64,000 nucleotides of DNA from Escherichia coli. Its GTDB lineage: Bacteria; Pseudomonadota; Gammaproteobacteria; Enterobacterales; Enterobacteriaceae. A program made the translations under genes and the position numbers. This document shows positions 14,040 to 24,943 of this stretch, one piece after another (the first letter of the stretch is position 1; each line of letters begins with the position of its first letter). Below the pieces are notes generated by a model. It was not told the DNA's origin and did not search any database. It saw nothing but the letters and a program-made list of their open reading frames with translations. The stretch lies in the NCBI RefSeq assembly GCF_044324785.1, contig NZ_CP172127.1; one strand, given 5' to 3'.

Positions 14040-15557
14040 TTATTGTTCTACGGCCATCAGACGTCGGTATTCATCCCAGGCATAGAGGTCGGTCATACCG
14101 CTGATATAATCCTGCAGCAGGCGGCAACGGTAATAATATTCCCATAGCGGAAACTCAGGAGAATCTGACGGTAATTTACTGACAGCCTCGACATAGGCCA
14201 GCCGATGGCGCGTCGAGAGTTTGTGGAATAAGCGCGATTCAATAGGGAAACGTTTCACCCGTTCTTTTTCTACCAGTTCAGTAAAGTCTGATAACGACAG
14301 GCTTAATAAAGGACGATAAATCTCTAATAATCCGCTAATGACCCGATAGCCCTGCAATTCAAGCTGCTCGACATCTGGATGGCTAAATACATGTTTTACA
14401 GCGACATTTTTATATAGCTTTAGAAGATCGCTGCATTCGCTGGCATCTTCCAATAATGCATGATTAAACGTTCCGGCGAAAATCGCAGGCAGATTATCAA
14501 TAAATCGTTGTGCCGCGTAGGGTACCAGTTTATTTAGGGTGTTTACCCGTAAATACATAAAAAACTGATCTTCCGTACTGCGGCTTAAAGTATTTGAGCG
14601 TGATTTTTCCCAGGCATTTTCAACCACCAGCGAAAAGAGCGAACCTTTCTCATGCTTGCCCCACGCTTCGTGCAAATGATGATAAAGCTGCTCAACGCTA
14701 AATATTCTTTTCTCTACCGCATCTTCAAGATCTGCCACACAATAGGAGATGTCGTCGGCAGCTTCCATAATCCACGTTAATGGAAAACGACTGTAAAGCG
14801 CCAAATTAAGTTCTTTACGCAACCGGGCAATATAGGCTTCTTCAGAAAGATAATAACCCGGCTTTTTCATTAAATAGTGATGTGTCTCAGGCGTTTCGCC
14901 ACGCCACCACGCCGGACGGGTATATTTTAAAATAACGCCAACCTGTGCCCAGGTGAGATTCATCCGCATCAATGTATGCACCAGACGAATGCCTTGTGCA
15001 TTCCCCTCAAAATGACATAAGTCCTGACGAATCTTGCGCCGCAGCTCGTTAAGCGGTTCTTCCCCGTCCCGTAAACGTAGTGCCGCCACGCTGCAGCGAT
15101 CGTCAGTCAGAGGCTGGCTTTCGGCATCTTCCGGGTGCAAACGTTGGCGAAACCAGTCATTTATCGCTGCTTCGCCAAAATGACCAAACGGCGGATTGCC
15201 GATATCGTGCATCAGGCATGACATCTCAACAATGCTTTCAAAAGGTCCGGTCAGTTCATCCAGGCCGTATGCTTCCAGCAATTTAAGCTCTTTCAGACGG
15301 CTTAAAATTTCTTTGGCGATGTAGCGCCCCACCTGCTGGACTTCCATTGAGTGGGTAAGACGCGTGCGCACGGCAGCATTGCGCTCCAGTGGAAAAACCT
15401 GGGTCTTTTGTTGCAGACGACGAATTGCCGGAGAGTTGATGATACGCCCGCGATCGCTCTCGAAGATCCGCAGAATCTCATGTTCGGTTTTAACGCCCTG
15501 CGGTGAACGGTAACGACGATGCCAGTTTATTTTTTTTCGGAAATCAATCTGTGCCAT
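14040..15557 (-). CDS. dgt: dGTP triphosphohydrolase
   Basis: 505-aa [60 protein letters not shown]...; HD-domain motif. Confidence 0.97.
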   Translation of the reverse strand: MAQIDFRKKINWHRRYRSPQGVKTEHEILRIFESDRGRIINSPAIRRLQQKTQVFPLERNAAVRTRLTHSMEVQQVGRYIAKEILSRLKELKLLEAYGLDELTGPFESIVEMSCLMHDIGNPPFGHFGEAAINDWFRQRLHPEDAESQPLTDDRCSVAALRLRDGEEPLNELRRKIRQDLCHFEGNAQGIRLVHTLMRMNLTWAQVGVILKYTRPAWWRGETPETHHYLMKKPGYYLSEEAYIARLRKELNLALYSRFPLTWIMEAADDISYCVADLEDAVEKRIFSVEQLYHHLHEAWGKHEKGSLFSLVVENAWEKSRSNTLSRSTEDQFFMYLRVNTLNKLVPYAAQRFIDNLPAIFAGTFNHALLEDASECSDLLKLYKNVAVKHVFSHPDVEQLELQGYRVISGLLEIYRPLLSLSLSDFTELVEKERVKRFPIESRLFHKLSTRHRLAYVEAVSKLPSDSPEFPLWEYYYRCRLLQDYISGMTDLYAWDEYRRLMAVEQ

Positions 15558-15640
15558 GTCCTCTCCCGCGTGAGAAATACGCTTCCCCGTAAGCGCATGG
15601 TAAACTATGCCTTCAAATCGGGCTTATCGCGAGTAAATCT

Positions 15641-16339
15641 ATGAAAATCGGCATCATTGGTGCAATGGAAGAAGAAGTTACGCTGCTGCGTGACAAAATC
15701 GAAAACCGTCAAACTATCAGTCTGGGCGGTTGCGAAATCTATACCGGCCAACTGAATGGAACCGAGGTTGCGCTTCTGAAATCGGGCATCGGTAAAGTCG
15801 CTGCGGCGCTGGGTGCCACTCTGCTGTTGGAACACTGCAAGCCAGATGTGATTATTAACACCGGTTCTGCCGGTGGCCTGGCACCAACGCTGAAAGTGGG
15901 CGATATCGTTGTCTCGGACGAAGCACGTTATCACGACGCGGATGTCACGGCATTTGGTTATGAATACGGTCAGTTACCAGGCTGCCCGGCTGGCTTCAAA
16001 GCTGACGATAAACTGATCGCTGCCGCTGAGGCCTGCATTGCCGAACTGAATCTTAACGCTGTACGTGGCCTGATTGTCAGCGGCGACGCTTTCATCAACG
16101 GTTCTGTTGGTCTGGCGAAAATCCGCCACAACTTCCCACAGGCCATTGCTGTAGAGATGGAAGCGACGGCAATCGCCCATGTCTGCCACAATTTCAACGT
16201 CCCGTTTGTTGTCGTACGCGCCATCTCCGACGTGGCCGATCAACAGTCTCATCTTAGCTTCGATGAGTTCCTGGCTGTTGCCGCTAAACAGTCCAGCCTG
16301 ATGGTTGAGTCACTGGTGCAGAAACTGGCACATGGCTAA
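15641..16339 (+). CDS. mtnN: 5'-methylthioadenosine/S-adenosylhomocysteine nucleosidase
   Basis: 232-aa [56 protein letters not shown]... Confidence 0.97.
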   Translation: MKIGIIGAMEEEVTLLRDKIENRQTISLGGCEIYTGQLNGTEVALLKSGIGKVAAALGATLLLEHCKPDVIINTGSAGGLAPTLKVGDIVVSDEARYHDADVTAFGYEYGQLPGCPAGFKADDKLIAAAEACIAELNLNAVRGLIVSGDAFINGSVGLAKIRHNFPQAIAVEMEATAIAHVCHNFNVPFVVVRAISDVADQQSHLSFDEFLAVAAKQSSLMVESLVQKLAHG

Positions 16340-17132
16340 GTCACTGTTCAGGGCGCTGGTCGCCCTGTCTTTTCTTGCGCCACTGTGGCTCAACGCCGCG
16401 CCGCGCGTCATCACGCTTTCTCCCGCCAACACTGAACTTGCCTTTGCCGCCGGGATCACGCCGGTTGGGGTCAGCAGCTATTCCGACTATCCTCCACAAG
16501 CGCAAAAGATTGAGCAGGTTTCCACCTGGCAGGGGATGAATCTGGAACGCATTGTCGCGCTGAAACCCGATCTGGTGATTGCCTGGCGTGGAGGTAATGC
16601 CGAGCGGCAGGTTGACCAGCTGGCTTCTCTGGGAATAAAAGTGATGTGGGTCGATGCGACAAGCATTGAACAAATTGCCAATGCGTTACGTCAACTGGCC
16701 CCCTGGAGTCCGCAACCAGACAAGGCCGAACAAGCCGCGCAATCCCTGCTGGACCAGTACGCGCAATTGAAAGCGCAATATGCTGATAAACCTAAAAAAC
16801 GTGTTTTTCTGCAATTCGGCATTAATCCGCCATTTACCAGTGGAAAAGAGTCGATTCAAAACCAGGTACTCGAAGTTTGTGGCGGAGAAAACATCTTTAA
16901 AGACAGCCGGGTTCCCTGGCCGCAAGTTAGCCGCGAACAGGTGTTAGCACGCTCGCCACAGGCGATTGTCATTACAGGCGGACCGGACCAAATTCCTAAA
17001 ATCAAACAATACTGGGGTGAACAGCTCAAAATTCCCGTTATTCCTCTCACGAGTGACTGGTTTGAACGTGCAAGCCCACGTATTATCCTCGCTGCACAAC
17101 AGCTCTGTAATGCGCTTTCACAGGTAGATTAG
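16332..17132 (+). CDS. btuF: vitamin B12 periplasmic binding protein
   Basis: ORF track 275 aa; start at ATG 16332 ([38 protein letters not shown]...) gives 266 aa and overlaps the mtnN 3' end by 8 bp. Confidence 0.93.
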   Translation: MAKSLFRALVALSFLAPLWLNAAPRVITLSPANTELAFAAGITPVGVSSYSDYPPQAQKIEQVSTWQGMNLERIVALKPDLVIAWRGGNAERQVDQLASLGIKVMWVDATSIEQIANALRQLAPWSPQPDKAEQAAQSLLDQYAQLKAQYADKPKKRVFLQFGINPPFTSGKESIQNQVLEVCGGENIFKDSRVPWPQVSREQVLARSPQAIVITGGPDQIPKIKQYWGEQLKIPVIPLTSDWFERASPRIILAAQQLCNALSQVD

Positions 17133-17169
17133 CGCCTGACCTTTTCAGGTGCTCAGTGGGGATTGAACA

Positions 17170-17793
17170 ATGCTCGTCTATTGGCTGGATATAGTCGGCA
17201 CAGCGGTATTTGCCATCTCCGGCGTTTTGTTAGCCGGAAAATTGCGTATGGACCCTTTTGGTGTTCTGGTATTGGGCGTAGTTACCGCAGTAGGCGGCGG
17301 AACAATTCGCGACATGGCGCTGGATCACGGCCCGGTATTTTGGGTGAAAGATCCCACCGATCTGGTCGTTGCAATGGTCACCAGCATGCTGACCATCGTG
17401 CTGGTGCGCCAGCCAAGACGCTTACCAAAATGGATGTTGCCGGTGCTGGACGCCGTTGGTCTGGCGGTGTTTGTCGGCATTGGCGTGAATAAAGCCTTTA
17501 ATGCGGAAGCCGGTCCGTTAATCGCGGTTTGTATGGGCGTCATTACTGGCGTTGGCGGCGGGATCATTCGTGATGTACTGGCCCGCGAGATCCCCATGAT
17601 TTTACGTACAGAAATCTACGCAACAGCCTGTATTATCGGCGGTATTGTCCACGCTACGGCTTATTACACATTTTCCGTACCACTGGAAACAGCCAGTATG
17701 ATGGGCATGGTCGTGACGCTATTGATTCGACTGGCGGCTATTCGTTGGCATCTTAAGCTACCGACGTTTGCGCTGGATGAGAATGGGCGTTGA
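17170..17793 (+). CDS. yadS: UPF0126 family inner membrane protein
   Basis: 207-aa hydrophobic ORF with two GGGxIRD repeats (MLVYWLDIVGTAVFAISGVLLAGK...). Confidence 0.93.
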   Translation: MLVYWLDIVGTAVFAISGVLLAGKLRMDPFGVLVLGVVTAVGGGTIRDMALDHGPVFWVKDPTDLVVAMVTSMLTIVLVRQPRRLPKWMLPVLDAVGLAVFVGIGVNKAFNAEAGPLIAVCMGVITGVGGGIIRDVLAREIPMILRTEIYATACIIGGIVHATAYYTFSVPLETASMMGMVVTLLIRLAAIRWHLKLPTFALDENGR

Positions 17794-17802
17794 AGAGAGA
17801 AG

Positions 17803-17829
17803 ATGTGCCGGATAGTTTATCCGGCACAT
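17803..17829. terminator. Perfect 12-bp stem hairpin between convergent yadS and erpA
   Basis: atgtgccggata (17803-17814) - gtt - tatccggcacat (17818-17829); no strong U tract on either strand. Confidence 0.45.
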
Positions 17830-17839
17830 GAACAACAGA

Positions 17840-18184
17840 TTAGATACTAAAGGAAGAACCGCAACCGCAGGTGCTTTTCGCGTTCGGGTTGGTCACGATG
17901 AAACGAGAACCTTCCAGACCTTCGGTATAGTCAACGGAACCGCCGACCAGATATTGCAGGCTCATCGGGTCAACCACCAGGCCAACGCCCTGTTTTTCGA
18001 TGGTCATATCGCCTTCGTTCACCTGATCATCAAAGGTGAAACCATACTGGAAGCCGCTGCAACCGCCACCGGTGATATACACGCGTAATTTCAGATTCGG
18101 GTTATCTTCGTCAGCGATCAGGCTTTTAACTTTGTTGGCTGCTGCGTCGGTAAACTCCAGCGGCAGTGCTACGTCATCACTCAT
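17840..18184 (-). CDS. erpA: iron-sulfur cluster insertion protein (A-type carrier)
   Basis: ORF track 125 aa; start at internal Met ([28 protein letters not shown]...) gives 114 aa; C-terminal CGCGSSF motif. Confidence 0.93.
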
Positions 18185-18265
18185 ATTTTGCTCCAAACGA
18201 CATCGGCAATTGGGCAAATTCTAACCCAATAATAATCGCCATTATCTAATACCCTGGTATTTCGT

Positions 18266-19705
<1,440 letters not shown>

Positions 19706-19911
19706 TCATACAAATAAGATGACGGCATTTTACTCGCACGTTCCATGAAAATCCTTTGCAAAGCGTAATGTTTCAAATGCACAAAACTTTTATACTCTAA
19801 GAAATCAGGATTGCACCAGTACAAGCAGCCTGATGTTTGACGAGTATTTAACTTGTTATGAATAACATAGAATAGCAGCCATTCACTTTTTCTACGAATC
19901 AGGAACCCTCC

Positions 19912-21192
19912 ATGAGTAAGTCTGAAAATCTTTACAGCGCAGCGCGCGAGCTGATCCCTGGCGGTGTGAACTCCCCTGTTCGCGCCTTTACTGGCGTGGG
20001 CGGCACTCCACTGTTTATCGAAAAAGCGGACGGCGCTTATCTGTACGATGTTGATGGCAAAGCCTATATCGATTATGTCGGTTCCTGGGGGCCGATGGTG
20101 CTGGGCCATAACCATCCGGCGATCCGCAATGCCGTGATTGAAGCCGCCGAGCGTGGTTTAAGCTTTGGTGCACCGACCGAAATGGAAGTGAAAATGGCGC
20201 AACTGGTGACCGAACTGGTCCCGACCATGGATATGGTGCGCATGGTGAACTCCGGCACTGAAGCGACCATGAGCGCCATCCGCCTGGCCCGTGGTTTTAC
20301 CGATCGCGACAAAATCATTAAATTTGAAGGTTGTTACCACGGTCACGCTGACTGCCTGCTGGTGAAAGCCGGTTCTGGCGCACTCACGTTAGGCCAGCCA
20401 AACTCGCCGGGCGTTCCGGCAGATTTCGCCAAACATACCTTAACCTGTACTTATAACGATCTGGCCTCTGTACGCGCCGCTTTCGAACAGTACCCGCAAG
20501 AGATTGCCTGTATTATCGTCGAGCCGGTGGCAGGCAATATGAACTGCGTTCCACCGCTGCCAGAGTTCCTGCCAGGTCTGCGTGCGCTGTGTGACGAATT
20601 TGGCGCGTTGCTGATCATCGATGAAGTGATGACCGGTTTCCGCGTAGCGCTAGCTGGCGCACAGGATTATTACGGCGTAGTACCAGATTTAACCTGCCTC
20701 GGCAAAATCATCGGCGGTGGAATGCCGGTAGGCGCATTCGGTGGTCGTCGTGATGTAATGGATGCGCTGGCCCCGACCGGTCCGGTCTATCAGGCGGGTA
20801 CGCTTTCCGGTAACCCGATTGCGATGGCAGCCGGTTTCGCCTGTCTGAATGAAGTCGCACAGCCGGGCGTTCACGAGACGCTGGATGAGCTGACAACACG
20901 TCTGGCAGAAGGTCTGCGGGAAGCGGCAGAAGAAGCCGGAATTCCGCTGGTGGTAAACCACGTTGGCGGCATGTTCGGTATTTTCTTTACCGACGCCGGG
21001 TCCGTGACGTGCTATCAGGATGTGATGGCCTGTGACGTGGAACGCTTTAAGCGTTTCTTCCATATGATGCTGGACGAAGGTGTTTACCTGGCACCGTCAG
21101 CGTTTGAAGCGGGCTTTATGTCTGTGGCGCACAGCATGGAAAATATCAATAACACCATCGATGCTGCACGTCGGGTGTTTGCGAAGTTGTGA
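19912..21192 (+). CDS. hemL: glutamate-1-semialdehyde 2,1-aminomutase
   Basis: 426-aa [53 protein letters not shown]... Confidence 0.97.
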   Translation: MSKSENLYSAARELIPGGVNSPVRAFTGVGGTPLFIEKADGAYLYDVDGKAYIDYVGSWGPMVLGHNHPAIRNAVIEAAERGLSFGAPTEMEVKMAQLVTELVPTMDMVRMVNSGTEATMSAIRLARGFTDRDKIIKFEGCYHGHADCLLVKAGSGALTLGQPNSPGVPADFAKHTLTCTYNDLASVRAAFEQYPQEIACIIVEPVAGNMNCVPPLPEFLPGLRALCDEFGALLIIDEVMTGFRVALAGAQDYYGVVPDLTCLGKIIGGGMPVGAFGGRRDVMDALAPTGPVYQAGTLSGNPIAMAAGFACLNEVAQPGVHETLDELTTRLAEGLREAAEEAGIPLVVNHVGGMFGIFFTDAGSVTCYQDVMACDVERFKRFFHMMLDEGVYLAPSAFEAGFMSVAHSMENINNTIDAARRVFAKL

Positions 21193-21198
21193 TGATTT

Positions 21199-21221
21199 TG
21201 CCTCGCCCACCGGGCGAGGCA
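21199..21221. terminator. Hairpin between convergent hemL and fhuB
   Basis: gcctcgccc-accg-ggcgaggc at 21200-21220 with weak flanking T/A tracts; the spacer is only 34 bp. Confidence 0.5.
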
Positions 21222-21226
21222 TTCGA

Positions 21227-23209
21227 TTAACGGCTCTGCTTTCTCAACAAATAGATAAAATACGGCGCGCCGATAAAGGTCGACAGCAGCCCCGCTGGGA
21301 TCTGGAATGGAAACAGCACCATCCGCCCACACCAGTCAGCGAACACCAGCAGTAAACCACCCACCAGCGCCGAAATTACGATGTGCGGCATCGTCCGTCG
21401 AAAGCCCATCATCCGCGCAATATGCGGTGCCATTAAACCAACAAAACTCAACGGTCCAATGGTCATTGTCGCGGTCGCCGTCAGGCAAGCCGCTAACAGC
21501 AGCAGCGCAATTCGCGTCGGCGTCAGCGCCATTCCCACGGCTCGTGCGGTATCACCTCCCAGCGGTAAAATGGTCAGCCAGCGGCGGCACAGCGGGGTAA
21601 TCGCCAGCAAAATCACCATCACAATTCCCGTGCGCCAGACCTGCGCATCGGTCGCGTTGTAGGTCGAACCGGAAATCCAGGTCAGAACTTGCGCCATTCG
21701 CGGGTCACCACTTGCCTGCAACATCATCAAAAGCATGGTGAACGCGGTACTTAACGCCATCCCCGCCAGTAACATGCGGTGTGGGGAAAATCCACCGCGT
21801 CCGGCGGCGATCATAATGATCAACAGCGTCACTGCCGCCCCGAGACTTCCCGCGGGTAACAGCCAGCCAAAGGCATTACCCGGCACCAGAAACAGCATTA
21901 ATACCACGCCAAACGCCGCGCCGGAGCTAATCCCCAGCACTTCCGGGCTTGCCATCGGGTTGCCGGTCAGCCGCTGAATAATACAGCCCGCCACCGCCAG
22001 CATGACGCCCGCAAACAGCGCCGCCATAATTCGCGGCCAGCGCCAGGGCATCAAATCCTCGAGCAACGCCCCGCTCGCCCACGTCCAGCCGTGCGCATCA
22101 CGACCAAACGACAGCGCCACCACCACAGCCATCAACAGCAGCACGCCGCCCGCGAGGGCAAACGCCAGCACATGTTGGCGTTCAGCAGCGACACGATCGT
22201 TCACCTTCATATCCGGCGCGCTAATGCTGCGTAAACGCGGCAGCAGCCACAGCAGCAGCGGCGCACCGAGGAGCGCAGTGACCGAACCGGTAGAAACTTC
22301 CATCCACACGCGAGTCAGCCAGAGGATGATTTGATCAGAAAGCCACAGAATTAACGCCCCAATCAGCGACGCCAGCATCAATCGTGGCAACAAACGCCGC
22401 GCCCCCAGCATTTTTGCCAGCAGCGGCGCGAACAACCCGATAAAGCCGATAATCCCCACTGCATTCACCAGCAGCGCACTGATGACTATCGCCAGCGACA
22501 GCGCCGCCAGACGCGCCAGCGACAAGGCCAGACCGAGATTGCGCGCCACGCCATCATCAAGCCCCATCAGGGTTAACGGGCGAAGTAGCAATAATGTCAG
22601 CATCACGCCGCCCAGCAGCTGCGGCCATAAACGCTCAACGCCGCCCCAGTCGGTTTGCGTCAGCGTTCCGGTGCTCCACAGGAACATGCTTTGTAGCTGG
22701 TCGTGATGGAAGATAACCAGTAACTGATTGATTGCTCCGCAATAAAGGCTCACCACCAGCCCCGCGAGGATCAGCGTTACCGGCGACAGCCGTTTCCCCC
22801 ACGCGACGCCAAAGACAATTAAGCCAACAACGCAAGCCCCTGCCAGCGCAGCAAACTGGCTCGCCATAGCACCTGGGATCGCCCAGAGCGTAGTGACGGT
22901 AATCCCCAGTTGCGCGCCTGTTGCAACGCCCAACGTCGTCGGTTCCGCCAGCGGGTTACGCAGCACTTGCTGAAACAGCACACCCACCAGCCCCAGGCCC
23001 GCGCCCACCAGCAGCGAAATCGCCAGACGCGGCAACAAGCTGTAGTGAAAAATCATCTGCTCGATGACATCGATATCCGGCGACCAGGCAGCCTGCGCCC
23101 ACTGGCTACGCGGCAGCGCTTGCGAAAAGTTCATCCAGGTGAGCGCCGCTGCGACAATCACCAGCAGCGCCAGCAATAACGCCGGGAAAAGCGCAATTCG
23201 TTTACTCAC
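21227..23209 (-). CDS. fhuB: ferric hydroxamate ABC transporter permease
   Basis: 660-aa ORF MSKRIALFPALLLALLVIVAAALTWMNFSQALPRSQWAQ...; duplicated FecCD-type permease halves. Confidence 0.97.
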   Translation of the reverse strand: MSKRIALFPALLLALLVIVAAALTWMNFSQALPRSQWAQAAWSPDIDVIEQMIFHYSLLPRLAISLLVGAGLGLVGVLFQQVLRNPLAEPTTLGVATGAQLGITVTTLWAIPGAMASQFAALAGACVVGLIVFGVAWGKRLSPVTLILAGLVVSLYCGAINQLLVIFHHDQLQSMFLWSTGTLTQTDWGGVERLWPQLLGGVMLTLLLLRPLTLMGLDDGVARNLGLALSLARLAALSLAIVISALLVNAVGIIGFIGLFAPLLAKMLGARRLLPRLMLASLIGALILWLSDQIILWLTRVWMEVSTGSVTALLGAPLLLWLLPRLRSISAPDMKVNDRVAAERQHVLAFALAGGVLLLMAVVVALSFGRDAHGWTWASGALLEDLMPWRWPRIMAALFAGVMLAVAGCIIQRLTGNPMASPEVLGISSGAAFGVVLMLFLVPGNAFGWLLPAGSLGAAVTLLIIMIAAGRGGFSPHRMLLAGMALSTAFTMLLMMLQASGDPRMAQVLTWISGSTYNATDAQVWRTGIVMVILLAITPLCRRWLTILPLGGDTARAVGMALTPTRIALLLLAACLTATATMTIGPLSFVGLMAPHIARMMGFRRTMPHIVISALVGGLLLVFADWCGRMVLFPFQIPAGLLSTFIGAPYFIYLLRKQSR

Positions 23210-24096
23210 GCTTTACCTCCGATGGCGTTATCCAGAATACGCACAAAGTGCATTGCCGAAAGCGTCGCGCCATAGAACCAGACCGCCGGAACGCGCTGAA
23301 AACGTCCTGCACGGACAAACGGCATGGCCTGCCACAGCGGGGTTGCCATTAGCGCATCCATGTCTTTGCTGTTGTCGTGATCAAAACAGAGCACATCAAC
23401 GTCTTTATACGCCGCCAGACGATCGATACTGACGGCGGTACTGCCCCAGAAGTTGGTTTCCCCTTGCCAGGCATTTGGGATGCCGTACTCATCAAGAATT
23501 TCCTGGAACAAGCTGTTTGGACCGAAGACCAGCATATGGCGCGGATCGATAAGCGTCGTCAGCAATAACGGGCGTGCACCACGCTTCACAAAGCGGGGTT
23601 TCATGCTGCGGATAAAGTCTTCATATTGCGCTAAATGCGTTTCTGCTGCGCTTTGCAGGTTAAGTAAATCTGCCATTTCCGTCAGTGATTTACGCGCCAT
23701 CACCAGCGGCTGTTTGCCGTCGCTGAAGTTAAATCCGCGCCCCGGCGCAATGCGTGCCAGCATTTCTGGTGAAGGGCCATATCCTGCCGACCAGACCATA
23801 AACGACGGTTTCATTTCGGTCAGCAGTTCAAGGTTAGGTTCTGTACGCAAACCAACGTCAATCACTGAGTCCGGCAATGGCGGTTCGCTGACCCACAGGC
23901 GATAGTTGATGGTATCCGCCACGCCGTAAGGCACGATGCCGAGCGCCAGCAGTAATTCCACCGGCAACCACTCCAGCGCCACAATACGATTGGGATCAAT
24001 AGCCGCCGCGTGGGCGGTATTCATCTGCCATAACAACGGAGAAAGCGCCATCGCCGTTAACAGTCGGCGGCGCGAAATAAGAGGTAAGCCGCTCAT
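23206..24096 (-). CDS. fhuD: ferric hydroxamate periplasmic binding protein
   Basis: ORF track 297 aa beginning MMSGLPLISRRRLLTAMALSPLLWQ...; second Met taken as start (296 aa); overlaps fhuB by 4 bp. Confidence 0.95.
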   Translation of the reverse strand: MSGLPLISRRRLLTAMALSPLLWQMNTAHAAAIDPNRIVALEWLPVELLLALGIVPYGVADTINYRLWVSEPPLPDSVIDVGLRTEPNLELLTEMKPSFMVWSAGYGPSPEMLARIAPGRGFNFSDGKQPLVMARKSLTEMADLLNLQSAAETHLAQYEDFIRSMKPRFVKRGARPLLLTTLIDPRHMLVFGPNSLFQEILDEYGIPNAWQGETNFWGSTAVSIDRLAAYKDVDVLCFDHDNSKDMDALMATPLWQAMPFVRAGRFQRVPAVWFYGATLSAMHFVRILDNAIGGKA

Positions 24097-24893
24097 CAAT
24101 AAACAAAACTCACAGGTGCAGCACCCGCCGGATGCGGCAGAATACCCATCGGGATGCCATAAATCATTTCGAGGGTTTCGCCGCGCATAATTTCCGCAGG
24201 CGTTCCCTGAGCAATCATTTCACCGCCGCGCAGGGCGACCAGATAATCACAGTAACGCGCAGCCATATTGATATCGTGCAGCACGGCAATGACCGTCAGG
24301 CCACGCTCCTGACTTAAACGATGCACCAGCGCCAGCACATCAACCTGGTGGGCGATATCCAGCGCCGAGGTCGGTTCGTCGAGCAACAGACAACGGCTAT
24401 CCTGCGCCACCAGCATGGCGATCCACGCCCGCTGACGTTCGCCGCCAGAGAGACTATCGACCAGCCGATGCGCCAGCGGTTTTAAGCCAACCAGCGAGAT
24501 AGCTTCCTCGACCTTTTCGCGATCTGCCGCACCAAAGCGCCCCAGCGCGCCATGCCACGGGTAACGACCAATCGCCACCAGTTCACGCACCGTCATCCCT
24601 TCTGCCGGAGGAAGCTGCTGCGGCAAATAAGCCACTTTGCGGGCAAACGCTTTGCTGCTCCAGCTTTCCAGCGGTTGGGCATCAAGAAGAATCTCCCCTT
24701 CCGACGGCGGCTGGTGACGACCAAGCATTTTGAGCAGAGTGGATTTACCAGAACCGTTGTGACCAATCAAACCAGTCACTTTCCCGGCAGGAAAGGTTAA
24801 CGACAGCGGATGCAAAAGCGTGCGCCCTGGCACACGAAAGGAGATATTACGCAGTGCAAAAGTGGTATCGGAATGATTCGTGTATTCCTGCAT
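24096..24893 (-). CDS. fhuC: ferric hydroxamate ABC transporter ATP-binding protein
   Basis: ORF track 306 aa; start at internal ATG (MQEYTNHSDTTFALRNISFRVPGRTLLHPLSLTFPAGKVTGLIGHNGSGKST...) gives 265 aa; Walker A and LSGGERQR signature. Confidence 0.95.
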   Translation of the reverse strand: MQEYTNHSDTTFALRNISFRVPGRTLLHPLSLTFPAGKVTGLIGHNGSGKSTLLKMLGRHQPPSEGEILLDAQPLESWSSKAFARKVAYLPQQLPPAEGMTVRELVAIGRYPWHGALGRFGAADREKVEEAISLVGLKPLAHRLVDSLSGGERQRAWIAMLVAQDSRCLLLDEPTSALDIAHQVDVLALVHRLSQERGLTVIAVLHDINMAARYCDYLVALRGGEMIAQGTPAEIMRGETLEMIYGIPMGILPHPAGAAPVSFVY

Positions 24894-24943
24894 AACAGCC
24901 AACTTGTGAAGCGGGCACGGAAATCCGTGCCCCAAAGGAAAAA

